64,000 nt of DNA from NCBI RefSeq assembly GCF_018350175.1, contig NC_058368.1, positions 20,648,001 to 20,712,000 on the forward strand, in the 5' to 3' direction. Below are positions 27,891-43,529 of the stretch, one piece after another. The DNA comes from Felis catus. Lineage: Eukaryota. The notes under the pieces were generated by a model. The model was not told the DNA's origin and did not search any database. It worked only from the letters and a program-made list of their open reading frames with translations. The translations under genes were made by a program, and so were the position numbers. Within the stretch, counting starts at the first letter, position 1. Every line of letters starts with the position of its first letter.

Positions 27891-28269
27891 TTGAGCCTTA
27901 ATCTTATCCTGTGTGACATCTCTACTGAACAGTTTAAATAGTTTCATCTCGCCGATTAGATTCCCAACTCCTATGGGACATAGTTTTCTTTGCTTTGCTG
28001 TCCTTCCTTCCCCTTCTGTCCTTCTTGCTGATATCACCATCTAGCGGAGTACCCTATGCACAAGCTTAGGTTGATGGAGTGCCTTATAAATGCAGAGTTT
28101 GTGGGACCGTAAGCTTATTTGACCTTCACGGCCTCTCCACGTGGTCGCTGCTTCCATTTTACAGATTAGAATACTGACTATTCCATAGATAAAATGTCTT
28201 GTCCGCAGATGGCCGATTAGAGGGGCAGAACCAGGGCTCTGGTGGCAAATCCAGTGCTCATGAAGGAGT

Positions 28270-28430
28270 CAACCCCACATTCCAGGTGTCTCTGTAGATA
28301 CCTGGAGGTCTGTCCCATCCTAACTAACACCTATGAAGTCCCTTTTGCCACATAGGGTAACATGCTCAACAGGTTTTGAGGATTAGGACATAGACATCTT
28401 CGGGAGGCCACTCTTCTGTCTACTATAGGG
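28270..28430 (-). mobile_element. MLT1 LTR fragment
   Basis: aagtcccttttgccacatagggtaaca...ggattaggacatagacatctt. Confidence 0.7.
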
Positions 28431-30239
28431 CAGACTTTGGCTAGGAATTAAGAAAAAATGTTCTGAAGACTAGAGCCACGGGTTGCTTCCAGTGTGGCAA
28501 GCGGTGGGACATCAGGTATGCCATAGAAAGGATTCACACATCGGAACGAGCTTCGTATGAACTTCTGCAGTGCTTGGATTATGAGTCTGTAAATGTTTGT
28601 CTTCTGTAGGATTGGGTTTCCGTGTTTTTACCATAGCCCCCATCCCATTTCCCTAGACACTTGGATACATGCTGTATGTGTCTCAATCTTCCTATTAGGT
28701 TAGAAGCTCGTTAGAAAGTAGGCACTCATGTCTTAATGCTTTTTACCCAGTGAGGGCAAGCACGTAGTGGAGATTTTACACGTTTGAAATAAACGTAATT
28801 ATTAACTTAAATTTACTGAGCCAAACAGGCTGAGGCCATTACCCCAGTAGATTAGTTGAGTCCGTATAAAATGTAGATGCTGGCTATCAGTTTGGACCAC
28901 TGTAGCAATCAATACATTTCATATCCAGAGTCTGAAATTACACAAGGCTTTGGAAGCTCCAAAACCTGCTTTTAGATTGCTCATAGTGCTAATGCTGACA
29001 ATGTGCTCAAAACCCCACGTAGGATATTACATCATTTCTGGAAGCATCTGGGACTTGTCAAATAAAGGCTGCCGGGAGGATGTGCTCTGTCGTTGAACGG
29101 AAAGCACCATACAGGAAATCATCACGAATATTGATGATGTGATTTTCTACTGAAAGCCCATGAGCCATTCAATATTCCGTTGCCTCTATGCTGTGAATTT
29201 TTGGCCCCCGCCTGTGCAACAGAATCAGTAGAGGTTTAGTTGGAGGCCATGATTATTGGATCCACAGTTGGCCTTCAGACCCTTCAGAAAGGAAGAGAAG
29301 CAACCACCTGCTCTATTTTTCCATCCCCTGGCTTAAGAGTCCCATGGAAAGCCTATGCCTATTAATTTGTTTTCTTTGACTGTGAATATATTTGAGAAAG
29401 GATTAAAAAGAAATACTGTACTAAAAGAGTAAAATAAAGAGACTTTGCAGAGCTTGCCAGGGATTTGAAGTTTACCCAGGGCCTCAGGGACCAGTACAGC
29501 CCAGCAGTGGAATTTTATTATATGTATACTTTCCTCAAACGATGCCTTCTTTGATTCTTTACAGTAAACGTGAAATTGACTTCAGATTTTAGGCCCACAA
29601 ACATATTTTTAAAGGCATTTTAATCTTATTTGGGTGATGAATGCCTTTGCAGACTGGCTAATAGGCGCACGTCAGCACACATTTCGGTGGTTCCTTCAAT
29701 TTTGAATTTCCCTTTGCATGTTGTCTTTGATCCTTCCACTTTGTACTTAGAGTTGTATTACTTCTATAAAGCAAGCAGACAATTTCCCTTGATGTGGATC
29801 TAGGGGAAGTAGTCCAGAGGCATTTTTTCCCCCCTCTACTTTCCCATTCCCAAGCAATATGCTCCAGGAATATAGGTTGCTCCATAAAGTAGGGGACAGA
29901 TTATCTCAGTAGCCCCTTGATACCTTCTGAGCAGAAAGGAGCAACACACAAAGGCAGGGACGCGAGAATGCTTTAAAGAGGAATTCAAAACAAGAAGCAT
30001 GGGTGTCTGTGAATAGTTGAGTAAGGGAACTGTGGTGTCTTGTGTTTATCTTTATCCCAGCACCTAAGTCACCTGGGTCCTGCTGCCATGGTTTGCCATG
30101 GTTTGCTGAATTGAATAGATGACTGTTTGTTTTGTTTCCCAGAAGATGTTCTGTAATAAACACTTTGCCAGAAGCCCAAGTCCTTCTAACCCAAGTGACA
30201 GTATTTTTTGTTAGGGAGAAGAATACCTTCTCTTTCTGT

Positions 30240-33030
30240 ACAGAATTAGGAAGAAAACTCTAGTTCCAAACTCTAATTTCAGCTTTCAGTTCTTTCATTT
30301 TCTTTGGGATTATCTGTTTTTTTTTTCCTTTTCCTAAATTATTGAGTTGAATTCTTAGCTCATGACTTTCCAGTGATTATTCTTCACTTATCTATAGCAG
30401 TAAGTGTATGTATTTCTCAATGCAGCTGGATCCCACAAATTCGCGATCTACGGTTTCCATAATTGTTCAGTATAAAGCATTTTAAAATTTCAGTTATTCT
30501 TTCACTGATCTATGAATTATTTAGAAGTCGACTTTTAAGTCATATATGTACTGGGAAGATTATGTTACTGATTTCTCGTTTATTTGCATCGTGACTTGTA
30601 TGATATAGACTTCTAGATATTCATCGAGAATTTGCTTTTGGCCTATTATAATATAATCAGCTTTCATAATTTTTCTGTATGTTTTTGAGAATAAGTGTAT
30701 CTGCTTATCTTTATTGGACCAAGCTTGTGGTTAGTGTTTCCATCTTTTCTCTCAAGGTTGATTGTATTGTTGTTTGACTTATTAGTTTCCGAGCAAGCTG
30801 GGTAAAAATCAGCTTTTATGTTTGTGGATTGAATGTAAATTGACATTATCATATTAGGCACACACAGGTACAAAACTGTTGTAACATCTTGGGGTATAAT
30901 TTCTTTTATTAATTGTTGTTTATTTTATCCCCAATAATGAATTTTCTGGCTTTGTTTCGGCTTCTGTTTGCTTTGTATCTATTTTAGCATCCATTTGTTT
31001 TAAGTTTTTAGGTGTTTTTAGTTTTAAATGTGTTTCTTATAAAGAACATACCAATAGATTAAAAAAAAAAATCCAATCTGGTGAACACTATATTTCAAAA
31101 GGTGGCTTATTTGATGTTTTCTTTTCACCTCGATTTATATTTCTTCATTTTTACTGACGAATGATAGGATCAATTAAGTTTTAATATACCTCTTAAGCCT
31201 GCTGAGTTTTAACTTTACGTATTATTTCTGTGCTTTAATGATAGCACTGACATTTCCCACATGCATACTTAACAAGTCTGATGTTTATCAATTTTGCCAC
31301 CTTTCTCTGAATATGTACAAAGTCTCAGAATGCCACTGCATCCTACATGCTACTCCTATTCAGCGTCTTAGAAGCATCTTGCTTTTGTAAGCCCCAAGTT
31401 CATTGTTAGCTAATTGCCTAATCAGTTCTTTAGATTTGCGTCATATTTTTAAGTTCCTTTGTTCACTGTTGCTTCTTATATCTCATTCTTTCCTTTTGAA
31501 TTAAATTTCCTTTCTGAATTAGAGCTCTAGAAAAATATGACAGTGGGGTAACTCTTGTTGTGCTATTAAATGAAGGTATATTTATTTTGCCCTGACGTTT
31601 AAATAATAGCTTATTTGGACTAAAAAAACCACTCTGTGTTGACAATTATTTGAAAAATTATCTCATTCCTTTCTGTCTTCAGTGGTTGTAGCTCAGTAGT
31701 TGGCTGTCTGACTTGTCATCTCCTGAAGCCATCAGCCATTTTCTCTCTGGTTGCCTTTAAGAGTAGTTTTGTCTTGGGGCCCCTGGGTGGTTCAGTCGGT
31801 TGGGCATCCAACTCCGGCTCAGGTCATGATCTCATGGTACCTGGGTTCGAGCCCCGCGTCAGGCTCTGTGCTGACAGATCAGAGCCTGGAGCCTGCTTTG
31901 AATTCTGTGTCTCCCTCTCTCCCTGCCCTTCCCTACTCACTCTGTGTTTCTCAAAAATAAAAAAAACCTTGAAAAAAAATTTTTTTAAAGTACTTTTGCC
32001 TTAATAAGTTTAGATTTTAATCTCATTTAACTTATTCTGTTCCCGGATTATTTTACTTCCTGAATCTCTGTTCATGAACTTGGATTCATGTTTTGGATCG
32101 ATTTCAAATAATTCTTATCCATTTTTCTCTTTGAATATTGCTTCCCCACCTCTCCCCCAGCCTCTCTCGTCTCTCCTGGAAGTGCATCTGGTGGGTTTCA
32201 TCATTCTGTCATCCATGTTGCTTAACATCTCATTCATATTTTCCGTATCTGACTTTTCATCTTGAATTCTGAGTAATTTTCTCATATTAACCATCCAGTT
32301 TACCATTCCTCACTTCAGAGGTTTATTCAGGTGTATAAATTGTCTGTTGAGTTTTTAATTTGTCATGATAGTTGTCATGCTAGAAATGGCGTTTGGTTCT
32401 TTCTCAAGCCTGTTTTTACTTCAAATAGTTTTGGTTCCTTTTTATATTTTTAATCACTTTCAACAGATTGTATAGTTTCTAGCTGAAATACTCGGAGTTT
32501 AATCCTGCCCTGCATTGGTATCTGCTGTATCATGGTGGACTATGTTTTAAATTTCATATTCTGAGTTTGTCTTTGACAAAGCTTTATGAGAATACTACTG
32601 TCGGGCATGGGCTGTGGATGTGTCCCCATGGATTAGGCTCTTGTTTGCTTTTACCAACGTGTCTGTGGATATTTCAGCCCAGTTCCAATTTTTTAAGTTA
32701 ATTTCTTAGCGTGAGTGTTTCCGTAACATATATATGGTATGGAGTGTAGAGGGCAGCTCCAAACTTAAGCTGCTGTGTAGTAAAGGTCAATAGTTATGCA
32801 TCCTCGGGGCAACTTTATCCTCTATCCCAAACCCAGCTCGAGACCGACTTTCTTTTTTTGATGAGTATTGATGCACAGCTCAAATAATCTACTCTTCCTT
32901 TATCTTGGGCTGTTAGGAATTTCCATTGCTTTCTTGCAATATCAGAAAGGATGTTTGTTCTATTTTATTTAGAATTCAGTTAGCAAAAGGTTTCGGGGAA
33001 ACTAAGTGTGCCATGTTACCAGAGCCGGAA
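30240..33030 (-). mobile_element. Ancient degraded L1M fragments
   Basis: T-rich antisense L1 texture with motifs such as ttcaaataattcttatccatttttctct. Confidence 0.55.
31776..31985 (+). mobile_element. CanSINE
   Basis: Consensus head and tail with degenerate TSD. Confidence 0.9.
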
Positions 33031-33354
33031 GCCTGTGGAGAGTCATTTACATGTATTTAAATTAAGTTATCTATTTAACATTATCGCTGAGATGGAATAA
33101 TTTTGATTATTTATTGGAATAATTTTAGTATACCATGTCTATATAATGGATTTTAGAATGTGAACCATTTGGGGATTAAAAATCTGTTTAGTTACTTGAT
33201 TATTTTTAACTACCTGGGAACTGTTCTTTCTAAATTTGCATTGGAAACTTCTTGAGATGATGTTATCAAATACAAATCCTGTATTGGAATTTTGAAGACA
33301 GTGAATATGGAATAATAGCAACAAAGGCTATTTGTGTATTCTTCAAAGCTCTGC

Positions 33355-34171
<817 letters not shown>

Positions 34172-35212
34172 CATTCCTAATTGAATCAGCAGACAGTGGG
34201 TGCTTTTATTCCCAGGAAGGAGAGAGGTGATGACATATATAGCAGTCTGACCAGTGGCATCTGTACCCTTCAGAGTCACAGCATGTTGGTGACAGGTTTT
34301 TAAAGCAGTACTCCACATTTTTAAGTATGTTGATATATTTGCTTACTGTTCGATTGAAATGTATTCCACTTGGTAGAGCTGATTGTATCATATATGTTTA
34401 TATTTACCAATCCATAGAAGGATTAGTTTTGATCAAATGATACATTAATCTATACTTATATTAATGTAAGCCTATGAGGTTTAATATGGTTATTTAATAT
34501 GGTTATTTATATATGGTTATGTGGTTAAAGCTTCATGGTTCTTAAAATTATCTTGAATAAATAGGATATTTGATAATTGATATGTTCTACTTACTGAGCA
34601 CTTCATTTCATGTTATGAAAATGATCTTTAGATGTAGTAGGACCACATGTGTCAATAATTATGAGTTCCAATCCTGGCATTAATAACTTACTGTTGGACA
34701 GGAAAAGAGTTGCTTCTAAGCCTTGTGCTTTCATGTACTGATTTGTAAATTTATAATGATAATGAGCTATGAAGTACCAAGGATATATGATATGTAAATA
34801 CAAAGTACAGTATTATTAAAGTCTCATGTGGAAACATGTAGCTCTTCTTACTGTTTCTAAATATTCCAACTGAAGTAGGAAATTCTCGTGAAAAAAAAGG
34901 AGGCAGTGGATATACTGGCAGGTTTCCCTAAACACTTAGAGCTGGGAAAAGAGAGGCTAACTTTTTTTGCAACAATGATCTGAACATGCTAGGAAAAACT
35001 AAATTTCCTATTGCTTAATGATTGTATCGTTTAATGGCTGTATTGAGAACCAAAGTAAATTCAAGTGATGCCTTACCCTTACAATTTCAATAGAAATGGC
35101 ATTGTATTTAGAAAAAAAAAAAGAGTACAATGTATATTGTAAACAGTGCGCCTTGTTTTCTGAAGGAATGAAAAACTAGGTCTGTATGGTGAGAGTTGAT
35201 CTGCTATTAAAA

Positions 35213-35218
35213 AATAAA
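35213..35218 (+). terminator. Candidate DLEU7 polyadenylation signal
   Basis: AATAAA immediately after an ATTAAA, about 1.05 kb downstream of the exon 2 stop, at the end of an AT-rich unique UTR-like stretch. Usage is not provable from sequence. Confidence 0.35.
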
Positions 35219-35396
35219 GTATTAGTAGTAATCAAAGCCTTTTTAATCCCACATGTTCTAATCCTAGTTGGCTCCAAAATTTATTCCAGGATATAATGAT
35301 GAAAGGTATATATATTGATTCTCTTTGGATGTAACTGACTATTCCATAGAAGAGAATTACATTAATGAGACTGAATTCTAAATGGAAGATGAAAGG

Positions 35397-35411
35397 TGTG
35401 TGTTTGTGCAT

Positions 35412-35446
<35 letters not shown>
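35397..35446. repeat. (TG)n microsatellite
   Basis: Direct inspection. Confidence 0.95.
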
Positions 35447-35447
<1 letters not shown>

Positions 35448-35559
35448 GGGTGAGGTGGGCCAGAAGAGAAGAGCATGTATTTCTTGGAAACAATTGTTAG
35501 CCCTTGGTTCTCCAATTCCTAAGAAACATTGTATTCTGGGACTATCACCATATTATATA

Positions 35560-38180
35560 GTCAAGTCTTTCTTTCCTCAGTGAAATTACCCCAGGACTCT
35601 TTCTCTAAAGACCCATCATTATAGGCCACTTTGCCCATTGTAATCAATAGCTATCTCAATAAATATTAAGGCTTTTTAAACTCTCATCCCCAGGAAATAT
35701 TGAATATCTTTGCTTCTTTGTATCAGTTCTTGTGTTTTTTCCTCATTTTGCAATGTTTCACATAGAGCAATAAAAACCCTATTTCATCCTTCAAGCCCTG
35801 ATTTACCCATCAACTCCTCCTTGAACTCTCCTGGATCATCCTGGTAGGGCATGGTCTCTTCTTCCTCTGAACTCACATAAAACACATGTTGTGCTTGGAC
35901 AGATTTGTATATTGCATAGCAGCTACAATTCTGAAAGTTCTTTGACCCTGCTAGAACTCCCATTGTCTCTATCACCTTTTCACACTGCCCCCCTCCCTTA
36001 CTTCTGTGGCTTATGTTCTTTGCTTAATTTGTATAATCATCTGGTTGTACATGCCACCAATTCCCTTCTCCCATTTTCCTTTGGTTGAATTCTGCTCACA
36101 AAACTCCATCCCTGGTCAAGACCGATTCTGCTTACTCCCCATCTCTATGTGAGTTCTGAATGTGACTTAAGAACAACACATAGTCATGCAAATTTCACTT
36201 CAGTTCATGGCTACTAATCTCAAGGGGCCCTCATGTTATCCATTAGAACTATTTCATGCCCTAGAACTGCAATATCTAATATGGTAGCCACTGGCTACAT
36301 GTGGCTATTAAGCACTTGAATATGGCTAGTCTGAACTGAGGTATGCTGAAACCGTAAAATGCACTCTTTTTGGCTTTTAAAATCTTCTCCATTTTTTATA
36401 TTCATACATGCTGAAATAACATTTTGAATATATTTGGTTATATACAATATATTATTAAAATTAATTGTACCAGTTTTATTTTGCCCTTTTAAGGTGGCTA
36501 CTGGAAAGTTTGAAATTCCATTCTTGGCTTACATCGTGTATCTATAGGATAGTGGTGTCCTAGAAAATTCACTAGACAATTCAGTGCTGTGCTTGACAAT
36601 TTACTCCCTTAGGAAGGCTGTTCCACACCTTTTCACACTTGATCCTTTTCCATTCTCCTCATTCTTAGCTGATGGCCTTGCTTTTTATTGCACGGGGAAA
36701 ATAAAAGCCCTTAGAAGGCACATCTTCACACTAATAGATCTACTATATACTCCGAGTTCCTTTTTTGTTATAAGAAAGACATGCCCTGTTCCTTTCCAAA
36801 GCTGACTGACCACTCAGGCGCTGGACCCTGTCTCTTCTCACTTATTTGAGGACATCCCTCTTGCACTCATTCCTTTTTCTGCATTATCATTTTTTGCTTC
36901 TCAACAGGAGCATTTTCATCAGCATGGTATTATAGTGTCTCCTCCAATCTTAAAAAAACAATTCCCCCAGCTATTACTCGATTTCTCTCCTCCCCTTAAA
37001 AGCAAAAGTCATCGCAATTGCCCAAATTAGTCGTCTACGATTCTTTTTCCTAGTTCCCTTTTGAACTCGTGCTAAATGGGTTTTGTGTCCACACTCCACC
37101 AAAAATGTTCTTTTCATGACTCCCAATGATTGGCCATGGACAAATTCCATGGCAGATCCTCAATCCTTATCTTATTGTATCTATCAGCAGCTTTTGACAC
37201 AGTTGACTACTTCCTCCTTGAATCACTTTCATATTTTGGTTTCCAGATCAGCAGACTTTCATGGTTTTACATCACTAACTCACTTCAAGGATCTGTTTCT
37301 TAATTCCTCCACATCACGCTGGCTTCTTGATTTTAGAGTTCTTCAGTCTTAGTCCTTTTTCTATATTACACTTACTCTACAGTGAGTATCCACCAATGAT
37401 GCCAAGATATATAGCTTTCGCCCTGAACTCCAGATTCCTATAGCCAACTCACAAAAGAGTATCTCTCTTTGAATGTTTAAAAGGAATTTCCAAATCCAAA
37501 ACAGGATTCTCGCCCCCAAATCTGCTTCTTCCCCGTCTTCTAAGTCTCACTTGGTGCTGGCTTATATCCATCCAGCCACATGTGCAAAAAGAACATTGAA
37601 ATCATCCTTGACTCTTTTTATCACTCTCACATATAGCCCCTCAATCAGCAAATCTTAATGGCTCAGCCTTCAGAGTATATCCCAAATCAAATCACTTCTC
37701 ACCACTTCCATGGCTACTACCCTAGCCCTATTCCTACCTGGAATATCACGGTATCTTCCTAAATGGTCACACTACTTTGCTGCCCTCTCCATATTGTATA
37801 TCAGGCACAGTAGTAAAAGTCAGACTGATTATTCCTCTATGCTTAATACACCAATGGCTTCCCCTTTTACTCAGAATAAAGTTCAAATTCTGCCTCTGAC
37901 CCGTCTCCTACTATACTTCTATTCTCATAATACCAGTATCTTTGCTGTTCTCACTTCTAACACAACTAGTTTTAGGGCCTTTGTGTTACTCTTTCCTCTG
38001 CCTGAAAGACTTCTCTCCCATCTACTTCAAGTAAGTCTCCACTACAATGCGCCTCATTACAGATGCTCTCTCTAACCCTTATCAAAAATAGTATCCCCTG
38101 TCACTCTCTTACCCTTCTCCCTGCTCTGTTTTCTTCATAAAGCCATCTTCTAATGCCTAAATTTATGTGTTTATTGACCA
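35560..38180 (+). mobile_element. Long degraded L2
   Basis: Pyrimidine-rich sense L2 motifs: cagcagcttttgacacagttgactacttcctccttgaa, atcatccttgactc, ccaatggcttcccc. Confidence 0.75.
36267..36557 (-). mobile_element. MER33 (hAT-Charlie) DNA transposon
   Basis: atatggtagccactggctacatgtggctattaagcacttgaa; 8-bp TSD ccctagaa / tcctagaa. Confidence 0.85.
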
Positions 38181-38181
38181 G

Positions 38182-38365
38182 TGTAGTGGATTGAATGGTG
38201 GCCCCCGAAGAGTATGTCCATGTCTTAGTCAGTAGAATGTGTGTCCGTTACTATATATTCCCAACAAAGCGAATATGACGTTGGATAGTAACAGAGGTGA
38301 TTACATCACAGATAATGAGATTAGATTCTTTAAGGTCATCTGAGTGGACCCTAAATGCCATCAGA
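38182..38365 (+). mobile_element. MLT1 LTR 5' fragment
   Basis: tgtagtggattgaatggtggccccc...tatgtccatgtc. Confidence 0.7.
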
Positions 38366-39013
38366 AGTGGCATTTTACTGAGGGATTTGATCCCTCCAGT
38401 ATGCTTACAAGCCTTCCATCTTTCAGCAAATATCTAAACACCAAGAGAAAAGTTAAAAGGGCAATTTTAAGGATTAATTTATCCAGAACATTTTGGTTAA
38501 GTATTGGGTTAAAAACAGTCATGTAGCTACTACTCAATAAACGGTTAATAATCATAATGTTCATTGTAACAATGATGGGGCCAGTCCAAGTCACTCTGAA
38601 GAGTAGTCTTTTTCGCCTCAGATTTCCCATGCAGTCCTTTTCCTCTTCCCTTTACCCCAAATGCTACATAAATGTATGTTTAAAAAGGCACATTTTAAAC
38701 CTTATGATTGTGGGCTTCTTTCTTCCATAGCTCTATAATCATCATCATCATCATCATCAACGACAACAATCTTAATGAAATTCCCACATTTTTGTGGCTC
38801 CAGCAATGTTTGGAGAGATTTGATCACCTCAGAGTCAGGCGGTGGTTTTTGTTTAAGACCGTATGGTGCCTTGGGCAGTACGTGATACTTGTATAAGGAG
38901 AGGTTCTGGATGTCTCTTCATAATGCTGAGAAAAACTTGAGCCATCTGATATTTTCTCTCTTGGATTTCCTTGGATACTTCATGCTCCCATTCCTTTGGA
39001 CTCTTCTGTTTCA

Positions 39014-39242
39014 TCTACTTTTTTTTTAATTTTTTTTTTAACGTTTATTTATTTTTGAGACAGAGAGAGACAGAGTATGAACAGGGGAGGGGCAGAGAGA
39101 GAGGAAGACACAGAATCTGAAACAGGCTCCAGGCTCTGAGCTGTCAGCCCAGAGCCCGACGTGGGGCTCGAACTCAAGGACCGTGAGATCATGACCTGAG
39201 CCGAAGTCGGACGCTTAACCGACCAAGCCACTCAGGCGCCCC
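39014..39242 (-). mobile_element. SINEC_Fc
   Basis: Consensus sequence; TSD tggactcttctgtttca. Confidence 0.93.
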
Positions 39243-41149
39243 TGGACTCTTCTGTTTCAATGCTCCACAACAATAGATTTCTGGACAGTGGAAACACATT
39301 TGCTTATGGAATAAAAATAGGGGCCATGCTGGGAATTTTTAAGCAGAGGTAGACAAGCAATGACAACATGGTACCTACACACCTCTTTTCCTTAGATGGT
39401 CTCCTCACTGCCTCCTCTACTTCTCTGGAAGTTCCACGAGCTTCCAGGTCAGCTTGATCCTACATCGTTTTGACTGCATGCCTTATGCTGACATAGTAAC
39501 TATCTTCAGGTCCCTTTGGCTGTGTTCCATTTTCTTTTGCCTCTTCAGAATTGGTCCCCTTTCCCCATATAAATGTTCTCTTACTCTTCTAACTGGTAGT
39601 TACTCCCCAAAGTAGATTAGTTTTCTTGGTTTAGATGAAGGCCTTCAGAGAGTAGAAAACTGTAAGATACTTATTTCCTATAGACCAGAGGATTGCCAGA
39701 AAGATGTGTCTTTCACGTCTAAAAATTCTCTCCAACAGTCAGCACCATTTCCATTGTTCTTCATGCTCCAGTGCCAGATACTTATGTAGTAAATCTATCT
39801 GAGAGGAGTATAAATTCTTGGGATTCATGAGTTTTAAGACACATTTAATTCAGCAGAACTTCAAACAAGAAGTGTTCCATATAATCTGGGTATCCTCATC
39901 AGGGATTCTAGTATTCTCTTTTACAGCCAAAAAAATTTACCACAGTCCTGGTTGCACTTAAATATACAACAGAAGCAAAGGTCTGGGCTATTGTAGCCCT
40001 GGCATGTGTTACCAGTAGAGCTTACCTTTGTCTGATGTGACTTGTTTACTGCTATGCTCAATAGAAGTGATATTTAAAGCTGACCCATAGTTTATAAATT
40101 TCTCCTCTGGTAGACAAGTTTATATCTGAGTTTACAGTCATAAGTCAGGAGACACTTTCAAGACTGGCAGAAATTTTTCCAGCACAGAAGTAACAGTGAT
40201 TGTTCCCCTTGCTTTGATGAAGTCTTTGATAATCGTGGCTTCATTTTCTTTTTCCTTAAACAAGCATTATGAAATGTCTGTGGAGTGTAAAAGGTATCTG
40301 GCAGAGAAATAAATTCACAGTGATCACAGAAACAAGTCACAGAAAACTGTGTTGACTTAAATTTGGAGCAAAGAGGAGAAAAGAGGTTCTACGAAACCCC
40401 CTTCTCTTCCCTGCATGTGTCACTGTATCTCTGAGTGTAGCTTACGCATACAGGATATTCTTGGAACAATCTGGAGTGTGTAGGGGTGGAGGGACTAGAA
40501 GGAAGGCAAAGAAGTACACCCAAGGTGCCGCAATCTCACACATGAAGAAAGCTGTGGAATAATTTGGGAATGTTAACGTCCTTGGGGATATCCAGACTCA
40601 CCTTGAAGAGCATATCCAATGAGTTTGTTTGGTTTGCTGATTTGCCCAGATGAAAAATACAGAACTTGTCTCACATGAAGTTGTTCATGCCACCTGTATA
40701 CCCGACGTGACAGGTGTTTTATACACGATCTCACTCAATCCTTAGTCTGTCTTCAGTACCTTCTCCTCTCTCAGTCTCAACCTTCTCCACGTCTTGGACC
40801 ATCTTTCCTAGAGTTTGAGGGCAAAGGCATTCATAAGACTGTTAATTGCAGTATAGCTTTTATATCTAAACATTATTTTATGCAAAAACAAATGGATGCT
40901 GGTTCTGGTCCTTTCCATTTTTCATATATTCTCTTGCCTCTCTTCTGGTTTCAGACTTTAGGACATTTGTCAGTCATCTATTTCCTGTGTAACTCAGAAT
41001 TAAACTGTAAGCGTATATAGCAGGAACACTATTTACACTCACATTGGATGAATAGTTCTTCCTAGAGGAATATGAATAAAACTTTTCTGTCCATTTTCCT
41101 GCCTGTCCTGAGGCAATGTTGATTAAAAGACAAAAAAAAAAAAAAAAAA

Positions 41150-41910
41150 GGCAGAAGGAGATAAGCCTTGTAGGTTTGAAAACCTTGGAATTTCCAAACT
41201 GTTGAGACTATACAGGTGTCTTATGTTAACGAGGTGACTTTTGAATGGCACCAAAGGATGGGGGCTGATTGCCAATGGAACCAACCATGTGTTTAGAGAG
41301 TTGGAACTTTCAGTCCCACCCCAACCTTCTGGGAGGAGAGAGCGGCTGGAGGTTGAATCAATAGCAGGTGGTCAGTGATATAACCAATCATGCCTATGTA
41401 AGGAAGCCTCCATAAAACCCCAAAAGGACAGTGTTCTGAGAGCTTCCAGGTTGGCAAACGAGAGGGTGTCCAAGATTCCATGAGGGCAGAGTTCCTTTGC
41501 TTGGGACCTTGCCCTGTGGATCTCTTCACTGGGCTATTAATTCATATCTTTTCGTATCCTTCGTAATAAACTGATAATCTAGTGAGTGTTAGTATCCTGA
41601 GTTCTGTGAGCCACACTAACAGATTTATAGAATTCAAGGAGGGAGTGATGGGAACATCTGATTTATAAGGTGGGTCTGAAGCACAGGTATCACCTGGGGC
41701 TTGTGATTGGCATCGGAAGCGGGGGAGGCATTTTGTGGGACTGAGCCCTTGACCTGTGGGTCAACTTGATATTCCCTCTAGTAGATAGTGTCAGAATTCA
41801 GTTGAATTGTGGGACACACCGCTGGTGTCAGAGAATTTCTCAGTGGCGTGGGGAACCACTCCCCTGCAAACATACACACACAGTGGAATTGGTGCTCAGA
41901 ATTATCGTAC
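41150..41910 (+). mobile_element. MER21-like solo LTR
   Basis: aaccaaccatgtgtttagagagttggaactttcagtcccacccc, accaatcatgcctatgtaaggaagcctccataaaacccc, tgggactgagccctt, gtagatagtgtcagaatt. Confidence 0.8.
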
Positions 41911-42849
41911 TCGATGAAATGTCCCTCGTACTTCTGCTCAATCAAATTTAAATGGTTACCTCATTACCTATATTCCTCAATATTCTGGAATTCTGCATTT
42001 TTGTAGGCACCTTAATAATATTTTCTGCTCTCAAAACCAAATTTTTGAATTTTTTTATTAAAAAGGTAGGAACTTTTGCTATTTAGTAGTATCAGGAGCT
42101 ATAAAGTTAATGGGGCTGGAATTACTGTTAGGAAGCTGCACTGAATACTGTTTTGCTCCTGTTCTCGGGGCCTGCTTCAACATTAAGTCACAAAACATTC
42201 GCAACTCGCTGCAGCCTAAGTGGGCCCGTGGGACAGTTCACTTCAAATGTACTCATTAAGTTTGATCTAACTCTATACAAAACACCATCTATTCTAGATG
42301 CAGACTGCAGCCGTTCCATGGTTTCCAGGCGTTTTGATGACTGAAGCTGATCAATCTGATCAATAGTTGATCTGGTCAGTATGGCAATAACTGGAAAATA
42401 ATTGATAGCAAATCCCATCAACTCAGTAGGAGTGTGTATGCATGTGCATATGCGTAATTCTCTATATTAATAAACACAGACTTTCTAGGCATCCCTTCTC
42501 ATTTTCCTTTACTCGTTTCAGCAGGCTAAAGAGGTCATTGAGTGGAGAGATTTCTCTATTAGCAATGGGTAAAAATGAAAACTTCTGAGGGACATTCGGT
42601 CCTAAGCAATCGTTACATATCTAATGTGTTCCCAAGTGGGTTTTTTGAGCACTGACTAATGATTACATTATAATTTCCCAGAGGTCCTTTGGCTACAGGT
42701 TTTAAAACTGTTCATCACGAATAAAGTGAGTTCCTTGGAAAGTGAGGGTGGCCCTTAGCAAATCGGTTATCACTAGGGAAGAAAAGAATTTGCCAAATAA
42801 ATAACTTGGGCCCTTTGATAGGCATCCAGGTAAGTCTTTATGCATCTAC

Positions 42850-43460
42850 TTATTTCTTAATATTTTACTTTAAAATAGTTATAGGCCTATAGATTATATT
42901 CACAGATTATCCAGAGACTACAGAATCACGAGAAGTTGCAAAATAGTACATGGGTTTTGGGCACTTTTCACACCACTTTCCCCAATGATGCCATCTTATA
43001 TGACTGTGACACGACAGCAAAAGTAGGAAACTACCATTGGTACAATACTGCTAACTGGACTATAAGCCTTACCCAGTTTTCATCATCTTTTACATATGCT
43101 CGTGTGTTTCCGTGCGTGTGTGTAGTTCTACACAATTTGATTCCATTATAAATTTCTGTCACCACCACCACCATCAAGAAACAGAGCCGTTCCAGCCAAA
43201 GCACTCTCTTGTGCTACCCTTTCGTAGTTGAACGCACCCACTCCACCCACCATATCTCTGTCCTCTGGCGATCACTAATGTGTTCTCCATCTCTATAATG
43301 CCATTCAAGAATCTTATGTAAATGGAATCATGGCCTTTTGTTATTGTCTTTTTTAAACTAAACAAAGTATCCTTGAGACCCCTCCAAACTGTTCCATGTA
43401 TCAATAGTTTCTTCCTTTAAATTGCTGAGCAGCATTCGATCTCTATGTATTTTTCAAATT
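42850..43460 (-). mobile_element. L1MB/MC-like 3' end
   Basis: gaagttgcaaaatagtaca, atcactaatgtgttctccatctctataat, taaatggaatcat. Confidence 0.75.
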
Positions 43461-43529
43461 GATTTTTGCCACAACACGTTCCAAACATGGGATTTGGGGG
43501 GCTCACTAAAATAAAAAATGTAAGTGAGA

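Noticed and set aside
42335..42380. TGATGA followed by several CTGA motifs (C/D snoRNA-like)
   Set aside because: Spacing too short, no terminal stem and no evident host intron.
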